A stretch of 64,000 bases of DNA from positions 27,156,001-27,220,000 of the forward strand of contig CM060731.1 of assembly GCA_030704615.1 (NCBI GenBank). The letters run 5' to 3'. Origin of the DNA: Takakia lepidozioides (lineage: Eukaryota > Plantae > Bryophyta). Shown piece after piece: positions 1 through 12,918 of the stretch. The position numbers were made by a program, and so were the translations under genes. Every line of letters starts with the position of its first letter. The first letter of the stretch is position 1. The notes beneath the pieces are model-generated. The model searched no databases and had not been told where the DNA came from. It saw only the letters and a program-made list of their open reading frames with translations.

Positions 1-111
1 AATCAGAAAAGAATTCTGCAGATCCAGGAGAGGTGGGTCGGCAAGCATGTAAGAATGGAAATGTAGCAGCAACCCCATCAACTATCACAAATTAGTTTGA
101 TAGTCAAAATT

Positions 112-1616
112 GGGGATTACTATTCCGTGAGCAGAAAATTTTGTGAGCAGAAATCTGCTCACACTTCAGGATCTGCTCACCTATAACCGCGGACACCTAT
201 TCGGCTTAGAAGACCTATTACTGCGCAGAGTGGCCCGTATTACATGCATACCCACAAGCTCGGTTATGGATGAATGAGGGATGAATGGCGGATGAATGTT
301 TGTAGGACGAATGAGACATAGATGAATGTAATAAATGTATGAATGGAATAATACAAAGCAATCTTTAGTACTGGTCGCCCAATCCCCCGAGCTCCAGAAT
401 CATGTAAACCCTGCTAGTCTTGCTTGCAAATTAATTCTGAAAGTGCAGTTTATATGTTCAGCATTGCCAACAAGGAATTCACATTGCTTTGATGACGTGA
501 GGAGGGTCGAGGTTGTTTTTTTCCTAGGTATCCAAGGTTGAGAAAGAGGCTCACACCCAATTCCAAAGAAGGTAGAGAGGTAAATTGGTGCTTTATAAAG
601 AAACGTTTCAAAACAAATGATTCATTCCCACAAAGAAGATCCACTACTACAGGACTTAGTGTCCAAAACGAAGGCAGAACTGTCTATGAAGACACTAGCC
701 CTACTTTGTACAAAACCATCTCTGTCGTAAAGCACAAGAGGGGGAGATGAGAAGAGACTAAATTGCCCGCTGTAGCCTTTGTTTGCAAGTTTTCCAAAAT
801 AAAAAATAAAACAAAAGAAATCTGTTTTTTTTTTTTTTTCCCCGAATGTGCCTAATCTGGTACCTTAATCCGTTTTTTTTTTAAACCTAGAAGAAGGACG
901 TGACAACGAATCATAAGTTATGTAGTCCGAGCAATTTGTAGATGCCATTCACCCCAAATAGCACACCAAAAACCAGCCAGATTAAGGTGGCGTCAACACC
1001 ACCTTAATCTAGCACATTCGAGAAAAAATAAATAAATAAATCGGATTAAGGTGCCAGATTAAGTTGGCGTCAACGCCACCCTAATCTGGCACACTCGGGG
1101 GGAGGGGGGGTTATATATATATCCGATTATTTTTATTATTATTTTTCCCGAATGTGCCAGATTAAGGTGGCGACATGCCAGCTTAATCTGGCTGGTTTTC
1201 TGGGTTGGACTTAAGCTTCTGCCAAATTCAAATAACGTATTTAAACTCAACAACACATGGTCTCTACTCATTTATCAGTAAGGATAAATGTTGTTGCAGT
1301 CATCTATGGTTCATTCATCAGGCCAATTTTTCATCCACACTCATCCAACATTCATCCCTTCCCTTCTTTCATTCATCGGGCAGCTTTTCATCGTACATTC
1401 GTACCACATTGTCATCATGGAGCACGGATTCTTTGGTCCGATGGAGAGGAGTTTTCATCCATGCAGCGGAGTTTGCGTCCACGACAATAAGCCCTCTTTT
1501 TCCCTCGGTTATAGGCTCCACTTCACTAATCTGCTCATGCTTAAGGGATTATGCTCACGTTTACCACGCAAAGCGTGAGCGTGCTCACGGGTTCTGCTCA
1601 CACGGTAGTTGCTCTT
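112..1616. mobile_element. Non-autonomous MULE-like element nested in the hAT
   Basis: Starts GGGGA, ends CACGGTAGTTGCTCTT. GTGAGC/GCTCAC subterminal inverted motifs. Imperfect 9-bp TSD gtcaaaatt (103-111) / gtcgaaatc (1617-1625). hAT-like coding sequence resumes across it. Confidence 0.6.
841..1200. repeat. Palindromic repeat cluster (ATTAAGGTGGCGTCAACGCCACCTTAAT-like units)
   Basis: 3-4 imperfect hairpin units at about 841, 975, 1054 and 1147, separated by A/T tracts. Confidence 0.75.
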
Positions 1617-3500
1617 GTCGAAATCCATACAAAAAAAATGATTTAACCCAACAAAGGTTATTTGAAGATCTGGTCCTTTATACTGCCAAGGGCTATAGAC
1701 CTCTTTCTAGTGTAGAAAATGCATGGCTTCGTCGCTTGGTCATGAGGCAATGTGATAAAGTGGTATTTCCTTTTTGCAAGCAACTTGCTCATGAACTTAT
1801 ACCATCCATGGTATTGAAGACCATGGAACTGTACGTCTTCCTTTCCTTGGCTGGTTGTATAACTGCGACGGTCTCGTTCGATTTGTGGATGTCTCGAGCT
1901 GGTTTTGATACATTCGCTCTTGTCATTAATTTCATATCAGAGTCTTGGGTTCCTTGTCATATTACGGTTGGATTGTTTGAGGCTCCAGACATAGCAAGAG
2001 CTGCTATGGCCGCACAAGTGAAGGATCTTTTAGCTTCATTCAATTTCACCGACAAAATTGTCGCTAATGTAAAGGATGTAGGCGTCAACCTAGGTGCACT
2101 CACCGCTGCCCTCACTTTTGTGGTGTCATGTGCCCCTTTGCAACTAAATCAACCGTACGCGGGCACATGTTGGGGCCATGTCATGTCGAAAGCGTGCCAA
2201 TATGCGACAAATGATGTCCACGAAGGTTTGTGTGGGCATGAGGGAGGTAAACATAAAAGATGCACAAGCTGTTCTTCAAAAAACAATTACTTGGACCAAG
2301 AAATCTGGAAAGGGCCGACAGGAATGGGCGAAGGCATGCATAGATGCCACCTCGGAAACTCAAAACACCCATAAAAACGAGATTTGCGTCGAAGATGATT
2401 TTATTTCAAGAGACATTGGAGTACCGTGATGCAATCAACATTTGCTATGGGCGGCAAAGCTTGACACTACAATCTCATGTACCCAGCCTACAAACATGGG
2501 CTATAGCTACAACGGTTGCTGAAGTCTTGACTTTGGTGGTTCATCAATGTATTATGAATCAATCGCAGGGATATTGCTTTTCGATGCACTTGCTGCAGCA
2601 ATTTCTTTGTGTGTGACGATGCAACAGAATTACACGCAAAGGGCCAATATGCACCCTAATTGTCAATTTGGGAATAGGGCCCACCCCCCGAAAGTGGCAG
2701 TAGCCTGAGGCGAAGTGGCTCTTAGTTACGCCGGCTTCGGCCGGAGTCTTCTCTCTCTGTCAACTTGGGGATTTTGATTATGAGTTGGAGATTTTATCCG
2801 TTCGCATGCAGGCTGAGGTGGTTTCCGTGATACAACCATTTTTGTCATTTGTAGTTTCATTTTCAACGTATAAAACACATAATATGTTGGCCCTCATGCT
2901 TAAGCCCTGAGGCCTATCATTGATTGCTAATTATGTGGGCAGGGACAGATGAGTACATGTGGTTGCCATTTATGACACTCATGTGCTCATTCCACTTTTG
3001 ACCACCATATTTAAGCGTTTGAATCCGGGTCAACATGAGAGTGTCTCTTTTACAAGATGTGCCCCTCGAAGATTCTTTATTTGGATCAACTACCTCAAAT
3101 GAAGCAACCACCATTGGACTTCTCAAATCTGAATTATTGTTGTTCCGTCGGATTTATGTCAATATTGATGAATGTAAATGTCCCCTGGGGTGGTGGAAGG
3201 TTCACGAGGTCCAATTTCTGAACATCAGTTTCCTTGCGAGAGCAATTTTGGGGATTGTGGGTTTGCAAATTGAGACCGAGCGAATCTTTACCATTGCTAG
3301 ACTCATCACTAGTCTGCGGCGATGTCGACTTGGCATTGACAACCTCGACAAATTGGTGGTAATTTTAAAGAATTGGCCGGATGATGTGCGGACGGATTGC
3401 AAGGTAGTTGAGTGCGGGATTAAGGATTTGTTTTTGTTGGAAGACAATTTGATTGATGAATATGAGGCCTCATTGCAGATGTTGGTTTATTTGACGATGA
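1617..3500 (+). pseudogene. hAT transposase, frameshifted and interrupted
   Basis: Pieces in ORFs 1205..2374 (C-terminal part), 2178..2429, 2344..2616 and 3035..3637 join into one transposase. Interrupted by an 85-bp retro-insertion at 2673. Confidence 0.85.
2673..2757 (+). mobile_element. 85-bp 3'-end insertion of the RNase H/REL non-LTR family
   Basis: Matches 25521-25604. (CT)n tail. Flanked by 12-bp TSD tgtcaa(t/c)ttggg (2661-2672 / 2758-2769). Confidence 0.85.
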
Positions 3501-6500
3501 GGGTTGCAATCAGTCTTCTTTTAACTAAGCTTGCTTTACTTTGCATAGTAAAATCTGCAACGTTATTATGTAATGCAAAGTCTGAATTTTGCAACATAAT
3601 AATTAATTTCTTTGTGAAATCAAGTGAAATCTTTTAATTTTAATTAAAGATATATTAATTATTTAGTGGTATTATAATTATAATTATTTATATCCGGGTT
3701 GATAACCGGCTAGTATTAGATTGGAATACCCACCCTATACCCGTCTGCAAATCAAAAAATCATACTACTATTGAGAACCAACAGGTATTAAAATTAAGAG
3801 AATCTTCCAATACTATGGAACCGGCTGGTATTAGAAAAAGTAATACCCGCCCAACACTGCTTTGAACCTATCACTTACAAGTAAGACACCCTTGTGCTAT
3901 ATCCATGTGCCCATTTGTTTGATGTTTCAAGGAACAGACAATATAGATTGTCTATATGGAACCCAAGACAAATGATCATATCTCTACATCCATCTATTAT
4001 GTGTTCATCCCATACGGTGGTTTTAACCGCCCTTACTATATGTCAAGCAAATCGTTTGCTCATCTTTGTTTCTTTGCTATTACAAATACTAAAAATAATA
4101 TAAAAGCTCAATCAAATATGCAAATGTTTGTATTACTTCAAATTTCCAGTTGATACATATGTAACAAATAATTTTCACTTGGGTCTTGACTAGGTTTCAA
4201 GTCTACAGTCAGCTTAGCCAATCATTTATAGAGGTGTTGCACTACGATGATCAGAAATGCTTGGCAACATGTCTACAATTGTATCTTTTGCTGGATCTTT
4301 GCGTTGAACAATTTAGAATCACATGTTGTTTAGAGTTGTCTTCATCGAGGTAGACATTGACACTCCGTTGAAAAGGTAAATTATACTTTATTTCCATGTA
4401 ACGACACACTATTGGCCCCATCCAAAGATTATCCTCTCTAGTGAGTCATGACATTTACGTTTGATCATTGCTTAATAGTACTTTTTATTTTGATTTCCTA
4501 ACCTAAGAACTGTCATATCATAGTGTTTGTATTGATGTTGTCAAATCTTCACTTTATGTGAGGCTGAAGACACAGTTGGTTATTTTTTTAATTTTGAGCG
4601 TTGGCATGCATTTGGGTAGTTTTTTTACACAATGATCTTTTGATTGTATGATCCATTTTTTTTTAATGTTCATCTCGAAGAAAAACAAAATATTGGCAAC
4701 AACCACGATATTACGTTGCTATTGCATGTTGTGAGGTTAGTCTAATGTCATCATGTATACTAATGTTATCAGAGCTGTGTTACATGTCATTGAGCTCATT
4801 GTTATTAATTATCTCAAATTCTCATGAGGTCTCATGGTATATAACTTATATGCAAAGGTGAATGTGTAGCACGTGTTTTTATTCAAGATTGTTTGTAATG
4901 TAAATTATGATGATTAAGTCACAGAAAAATATCAATAAATTCTTAAAATAACCATAACATACAAGAAATTATAGACTTTTTCATGGATATAACCAAGATG
5001 CATATATGTTTAACGTAATATCTTAAATTGTCTCGATTGAATATTTTTGAGTCTAAGTATAATGGTGATTTGCAACAAATAACATTCATTTTCTAAGATA
5101 TTGATTCATGGCAAAATAGATCAGATATATTCTTAGGGTTGTGAGTCCAACATATCTAATAAATGAAGATAGAGTTAATGTAATTGTTAATATTAAATAT
5201 TTCAAAGTATTATAATATTTCAGTATGTCTCATTCATCAAAGCTAAATAGATGTTTAAATATTAAAATATTAAAATAAAAAATATTTTCCTTTATCAATA
5301 AAGTTTCTTGAGGGTCATTGTCCCCTCTTTGTATATATATAATCAATATGATTTAATCAGATTTGATGAATTTTATAGATTATGTTTTTCAGACATCTTT
5401 TTCTTGAGCCTAAATATTAATTGAAACCTTTTGTCGTGCAAATAATAGAGGTTTTTTTTTTAACAGTACGTTTTGAAAAGTGCTTGAGAGTTAGTCTGTA
5501 AAATTGACATATATTAACTAATGTATCTGAATTCACACGGCCAACTATCCAAGCTCATGTTGTTCATTGGAAACTGACTATTTGAACTATTTGCATCGCA
5601 CATTTGAACGTCATTTTCAAGATGCAAACAAGGGTCTATCACCATCATTTGACGATGCACTAAACATCGGTTTTTGTCTTCATTCTAATATGTAAGTTTG
5701 TGGTAGATATTCATTTTCACTTCACAAAATGTATAAAAGATGGGATATTCAAGAAGTATCTCTTAGTTTGATAACTGAGTGATAAAGGGAGCATCGCAGG
5801 GCAACATGATTGGGCCACAGTGGGATAGGGTTAGTTCGTCACCATAAACTTGCCGCTATATATATGCTTGAATTGAAATGGCATTAGTGAGATAATAGAT
5901 TGATGGAGGGTGAGAAATAATTGTGCGAGTTGCTAATTAACTCTTTTGGGTTATATGCTCACCAATGACTTATAATAAGATGCACTCATTAAAAACTTAT
6001 CAGTGCTATACAAACATCTTAAAAGTTTGCATATGCATGTCTATAATTTCTCTTCTTTTGACAGTCCACGTCCTCCATCATTTTCCCCTCCCCCTTCTAT
6101 TTCTACATCTCAACCATAGTCATCATCATCTTCTTAGACCAATTCATCTCCACTTGATTATATCACATATCCAATATATGTTTGTTTTTGGTCAAAATAA
6201 AATATTTTACTCGTCATCAACATATTAGCATGCTTACCATCTAGCAACTCCTCTCTGCCTCTACTAGTTCTTCCCTTTATGCTCATCTTGCTTCAACATG
6301 ATCAATGGTCAATTTGGATGTATTGACCTGAACTTTCCACCCAATATAACTTCTACAATTGTGGTTATGTAATCGAATATTTCATACCCTTTGCAACCAA
6401 GATATTTAAAAGACGTTATATTTGTTTATTGATGGCATGTAAGTTTATCGATATTATGATATATTAGGTTCTTTGTGTTTGGGGTTTTGAATTTTTTTTG

Positions 6501-6960
6501 TTTTTGTTCATCATCATCTTCTTCCTTTGGTGGTATTTGATATTGCCGTAGACGCCAAATATTTGTACATGTTCGTATTCATCATAATTTCTTGTTGGGT
6601 AGAGAAAGTTTGCAAGGCAAACACTTATTATGGATTTAAGCACTAACGACACATTCTTTTGTGGACCCTTCTCCCAAGTATTCATTCGATCTAAAAGAAC
6701 GACTTGATGCAATTTTCATGCTTAATCAAGTAGTATAATTCGCTAGCTTATATGCTTCTTGCGTCTTGTTCTACTAACATTAATATGGAGTTGTTCTTTA
6801 GAATTTGTATCCCGCATTGAATATTAATCTCTTATTACTCTCGAGATTATTGATCATTGAACAAAAATTTGTAGCTCGACAGATATATATTTACTCCCTC
6901 ATATATCTATATATATCATTATCTCGTAGCTAGAGGATTTTGTGTGAGCATTTGCATGAG

Positions 6961-7165
6961 GGTTGCCCAAACCTCCCCTAATGACTCGAAAGTACTAAAG
7001 TACTCACACATTAAGTAACTTGCCCAAACTTCCCCGAATGACTCAAAAGTACTCACACGTTAAGTATGGGTTAGCTATATTGGATGACATCCACTATACA
7101 CTTGCGTGGCATTGAACCCACAACCACTTGTAGGGGGACCTTGTGCCCTAACCACTAGATCATCT
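6961..7165 (-). mobile_element. tRNA-derived SINE with duplicated ~50-bp tail
   Basis: Reverse strand reads GATGATCTAGTGGTTAGGGCACAAG..GGGTTCAATGCC (A and B boxes). Direct repeat at 6963-7066. Confidence 0.6.
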
Positions 7166-7694
7166 GCTGGATGCATGTTCAAAATACACATAAATAAAGA
7201 TCTAACCAGAAATTTTGTTGGGTTCAACTTCTGAAAACTGAGTCACGACTCATTAGCTTATTAGTGAACTAACATCCATGGGTGTATGTTACATATGCTA
7301 CCACAATCCATATGGAAATAGATCCCAATATGATACAACCATTGAGCGGATAGACTGATCATGTTTGGATTCATAATCATGAGCCTAATTATGATACAAC
7401 ATTGTTATTGTTGGAGAAATGTGCTATACCTTATGATTATGCATAATTAGGCAATTGAAGACCAATGATATCATCAAATATAGAAAAAATAACCATTATG
7501 TTTGGACTATCAACAACTAAGCAAAAATATATTGGACTTTCTAATTGACATACCATCAAGTAGTCCATACCTATCTAAAAATTGTTGGGCATGAACCAAA
7601 CAATATTAAAAATACTAGATACATACATCCAGATGACGATTGAATCTGGATGAATATCCACAAAATCCCTCCAACATTTGGCAAGAGTTTTTTT

Positions 7695-7695
<1 letters not shown>

Positions 7696-7734
<39 letters not shown>
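7696..7734. repeat. (CT)n microsatellite
   Basis: Direct observation. Confidence 0.9.
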
Positions 7735-7736
<2 letters not shown>

Positions 7737-10700
7737 CAGAAAACTTCCCTGGACCTGTTCGCAGTCTATGACATGGGTGAGGCCGTCAGGGATGACCTCA
7801 AGGATCTACCCACTCTTTTGCACTAGACTGAAATTCAAACTCATGACATGTAGCCTACATTTGAACAGTATACAGACTTAGAGAAATAAGGGAGATTGAT
7901 GTGCCCGTTGTGAGCAACCTAAAGACAATATCCACTTATTCACTTTCTTGGATACTCTCACCAGAGAGACACCATCTTCAATTCCATTAGGGGAATTTTT
8001 CATATAGCTCTGTCTATCAACTTTGAAAATTTGGTGGTTGAACCGAAAGCCTATACACTTTTGGGGTCTAGTTGTTGGGCAAATCATACACAACATATTG
8101 ATGTTTATGTGAAGGAATTTCTAGAGGACATCTGGAAAACTCGTATCAATTGTAAGTTTCAAGGTAAGTCATACTACCGCCGTCGGCCTTTGACAAAGGT
8201 AGTTTTTGTCCCTTTGTGTTCTGCTAAAACTGGGCGGGGTCAATGGCCACAACGCTACACGTCTTATGAGTATCTCTCTCTCTCTCTCTCTCTCTGCATA
8301 TCCGTTCACGCAACAACAAGTAATTGCAAATCACATGTTAGGGTTGAGTGTAATTTCCTATTTGTGTCATCAAATGAGCCATTGCTTCCCTATAACTGCA
8401 TAGGGAGCTCGACCAACATAATGAAAGGTTGTGCTTAATCTTATTAGCCACAACCCAATTGAAAAATTTTGTAGGCAAAGCTCGGTGAGCAGTGTGTCCT
8501 ACACTTTGCCTGTAATTTTAGGTATTATAACATATCATTCTTTGTCGTGACAAGACAAACTATATATATATATATATTACACACCGGACTGCAATCGATG
8601 TAGAATATGATGTCCAGATGAACTGGGATATAAGGCTTGTGAAGACGCATCAACAAAGAGGAAAACAAAAATGAATATATAAGGAATATTCTACATAAAA
8701 GAACCATTAGAACGTATGTATAGCACAACTCAACTATTTAACAATGAATTTCAAGGTTATGATTGTGTGTTGATGAACAACTCATTCTTCGTCACTCTGT
8801 TGCTGAATATATTGAAAGATAAAAAGATCAACAAGAGAGAGAGAAAACATCAGCTATAGCCGACGTAACTAAGAGCCACATCACCTTGCGGCTCAATAAA
8901 AACACATAACAAATATTAATTATTTTCATGTTTTAATTAGAGAGAGGAGAACAAGTCGTGCAATAACATAAATACTTCAATCTTTGTCACAAAATGATTG
9001 TGCATACACACACCACTTTTAAATTTTTGAAAAAAAATATTGAAAAATCTTTGTGCAATGTTCACACACACACTACAAACATATGGTAAAGTATCACCTG
9101 TATTTTATTTTTGGATGTAAACAAAATTAATAAAAAGATGTTTTATTTTATTTGGATGTCAATACATATATATTAATTAAACCTTTTCCACAACTTAGTA
9201 ACGCATGTCCTTTCTACATTTTTTAATGTTCTACAGTGACAAGTGTTAGTGTGGCCGCAAGTTTAAACTTTATTGATGTTCGGTTCACAAGCGGTTCCAC
9301 GCTTACAAGCTCATAAGCCCGCAATTAAAGTTCATGACATAACTTTCAATAGCCACCATTTCTATCCTCCTTACATTTGATAGTTTGAAACCTTCTGTTT
9401 TTTTTTGTTTTGTTTTTGGTACAATCTTGAAACTTTTCCTTTGAACGTTCCCTCGCATACTTCCATGAGTTCTTACAAGTGCTTCAAACCTTTGTTGGAT
9501 GTATATCAGTACTCTTTATCCATCAACATTATTCATTTCATTTTCTTGTTTCGTACTTTTATCATTTGTTCTGTATTTATTCCATTTGTGTTTCCATTTT
9601 CTTTTCTTGAAAAAGATTGTATCGATACGTCCCAAAATTAAATTGAAATAAGTCAACCTTTACAAGTCATTGTGAGACCTATATGAGTGGATGTGGATCC
9701 TATCCATGAAAACAAGGCTAAATAAGACAAAAATTTCGTCAAAACAATTAGCTAGCCTTGAACATGGTCAAATGAAATTGTAAACCAATGCAAAGATAAT
9801 GTAAAACTTAAGTCTTAAACATGTTGTCTACCGTCTACATGCACTTAAGACCTTTGTATGATTTTTAGATTATGTAAAATTAAAATTAAATTCTTAAATT
9901 TTAACGTTTCTGTTGTTAGATTTTGAAATATAGGTGAGTCTTGATCTTAGAATCTGTATTTTTGTGATGGCGTCCATTTCATTGTCAAAATCTTCACGGT
10001 TTGATAGGAGGGTCATGTGCTCTAGGGGAGAACCCAACAAAAGGGAAGTCTCATCTTCTAGGTGGCATTCTTGCCAGTAGTATGATGGAATATGAATCCA
10101 TTCCCTAAGGATTCCCAAAAGGGAGTAAAAATTTGAATACGTTTGTGTCAGTTTGTATACAAATTTGTTGCATACAAATGCGAATAATATCTCTATGTCT
10201 TTTATCCCTCGATTAAGAGTTCAAACAAAATTATGTCAACAACATCATTGAGACATGCAAACTTATTTTATAGATGAGCAAATGGCCGACATCTACTTTT
10301 CTGAAAATTCGAATGTGTGATCAAATGCAACGAGCCCAATGTTGGGCAACTAGATACCATTGATGAAGATTTTCGATTGTGATTGAAAAGCAAGGTGATT
10401 GAGCAACCAAAATCCAATCTCGTAAAAGACCTTGATCGTTGTCCATACAGGGTAGGGTGACTGAAGTGAAATAAACAACGTTATACATTTTTTATTATGT
10501 CTATTGTATAATCTGGAGTAGATTGTTTTTTAAATGAACGTTGCTTAAGGTTCTGCCAAGCGACAGTTGGTGCAATCTGTTTTTAGCTTCGCCGCCCAGC
10601 TTCTCATTTACCTCACCTCCTTGGGTCTCCCGCTGTGTGCATCCCCTCCTCTACACTCCTCCCCCACTCTTCTCCTTCTATCTGGCATGCTTTATCTCCT

Positions 10701-11046
10701 TCTGTTTTTGGCACCCTGCTGCTGTCCCCCGAGTGGTGTGTCAGCCCTGCGCTGTTATACCTGGCCACCACCTTTCTCCCTCTTTTTAAATGTGTGCTTT
10801 ACTGGAGCTTTGATCCCTCATCCGTCCTCCTCTCCCTCCTGGCGACTTGGCGGCTCTGATTAATTGCTCTTGGTCAGGCCTCTATTCGCGCCAATAGTAT
10901 TAGTTGCTGCTCTAATTCTGCTTCAGTGAACGAGGCCTACTTGATTTCCCATTAAAGGTGACATCTCCCCACTTCCCTCTCATCTTCTATGCTCCCCTCC
11001 TCATCGTGCTTCGTTTGCCCCTGCGTGAGCGTTGTCTTCTTGCACC

Positions 11047-12242
11047 ATGGCCTCTAGAGGTGTGGCCTCGCGTAAGAAAAGATCAGGTACAGGGGGCAGC
11101 TCTAGAGGTAGAGGTACCTGGACCCCGCGCAGCTCCTCATCTGCTCCTGCGGCGTCTATTCTTGGGAAAGGTCCTGAAATCGGAATTGCCTGGATGTCGT
11201 CCCTTGGATTGAATCAGTCGCTCCCAGCACTGACTCTCAGGACCTAGCCTTGCTTGACTCTAGCAAGGATAGTGGGGTGCCGAAGATTGTGGTTATACCG
11301 GAAACGGCAAGAATTGGAAACACAATCAAGCTCCCGACATTGGACGGATCTTTCATTTCTGTGCAGATAAGAGAAGAGATGCTCAGCATTACTTGCTATG
11401 GATGTAACGGAGAGTGGCACGTCAAAACAGATTGCCCCCACAAGGACAAATCAGGCGTTAGACTGCATGGTGGAATTCAATCAACTGGTGCGACTCTTCC
11501 AAAAGCTCTCAGTGATCCAGTGAAACCTGTTTCTCCTTCACGTTCCCTAAACGCCAGTGCTGCAGCTGCTTCGCTCCCGACTCTCTCGACTGGTCATCAG
11601 GCTAAAAGAAAGAGGACTGGCTCGCCCTCTGCCTCATCTCCTCCGCCAAGGCCTAGGCTCATTCTGCTGCCCCGGGATCCTCAAGGAAGCCCACCCCCCC
11701 ATCACCCTCCTGCTACTTTTGATTTCTGCCCTTTCTCCAACACTCTGGAAGACCCGCTCATCAACCTTGCTACAAGGTGCCTGGAGCTTAGGTCCTTTGC
11801 GAATATCAGGCTGTGTGATTGGACGCCTGAGAATGCAGTCAGGTGCAACCTGGCGGTAGTTAAGGTCACCCCTATCATCTACGGGCTCCTCAACGGCCCT
11901 GGTCAGCCGCCCTCCATCCTTCTCACTATGGGCTCGGAAGGGCTTGCAGGTTCATGGATTACCACGCATCATGCAACTTACTACTCGGTTGCCAAAGAAG
12001 TGGAGCTCTCCCTCAAGCTCGTGGGAACTATCTTCGCTGAGCAGCCCTTTCAGTTCCACCTCTCAAATAACACTACATTCCACTTTGGAGCCTTATGGGA
12101 TAACACGACTCAGCCTCCATGGTGCACACGCTCCTTGCTTTCAAATGGGAGGATATCGTCAGCGATGCAGCCTCGGCAAGCTCCTTTTCTTGGATCTCTA
12201 AGAAATCGCTCTCGGATGGCTCCTCTGGGTTTCTCCTTGTGA
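11047..12242 (+). pseudogene. LINE ORF1 (zinc knuckle CYGCNGEWHVKTDC), disrupted
   Basis: CX2CX4HX4C motif upstream of ORF2. In-frame stops; the N-terminal RRM-like region appears to be missing. Confidence 0.65.
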
Positions 12243-12918
12243 CTGACAGCTTTCCTTCCTCCGGAGGTTTTGCTGCAAGTGTTAAAGTTTTAAAGGCAGG
12301 GTTCATCCTGGCTCCTGCTATCCTGGGATTTGCAGGGGCCCCATCACCCACCCCCCACAAGGAGGATGTTGTAGGCTACGTGCCTTTCATTGCGAAAACG
12401 AAAAAAAACCATGCTTAGTCCCATGGATATGACCTCGCCATCTGCCCTGCCAGGAGTTTCAACTCAGGTGAGCATAGCTCACTCCGCCTTCCCCCTGCTC
12501 ACTTGCTTTTTCTCTGCTCTCTTGCTCTCTTGCACTCTAGTGCTAGTTCATAGGCACCTTTTGGATACTGTTTTGTTGTACATCCTCTATGAAAGAAGGT
12601 TAAAACCCTTGTCTAGAAATTGTCTCTTCCTCACTATCAGGGATTGGAATTTTTCAGACATCGCGCTTACCTTTGTTTTCATCCCTGATAATCAGTCTCT
12701 TTTTGTCTCTCCGTTCCGAGAATCTTTGAGAAGATCTAGAAAAGGCTCTCGGGGAAGATTTTGGGCTGGAAGTGTTACCCTAGCCTGTCTTCCTCCTCCC
12801 CCTTCTGGCTTCTTTTGGGCTTCATACCTGCCTCCTCACGGCAGAAGAACTGTCCCTCCATTTCTTTTCTCAGGGCCATCATTTCGGGAAGTCCTCTCGA
12901 GCCCTTCCTCCTCATTTG

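Larger units (their letters stand above)
1..3859 (+). mobile_element. Degenerate hAT DNA transposon (left end outside window)
   Basis: Transposase fragments (PYKKND..QRLFEDL, FDLWMSR, KTPIKTRFAS, C-terminal dimerisation domain PLGWWK..ETERIF..RRCRLG..NW). Right end ..CCCAACACTG at 3859 (reverse complement CAGTGTTGG, hAT-like) with AATACC/GGTATT subterminal repeats. Confidence 0.85.
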
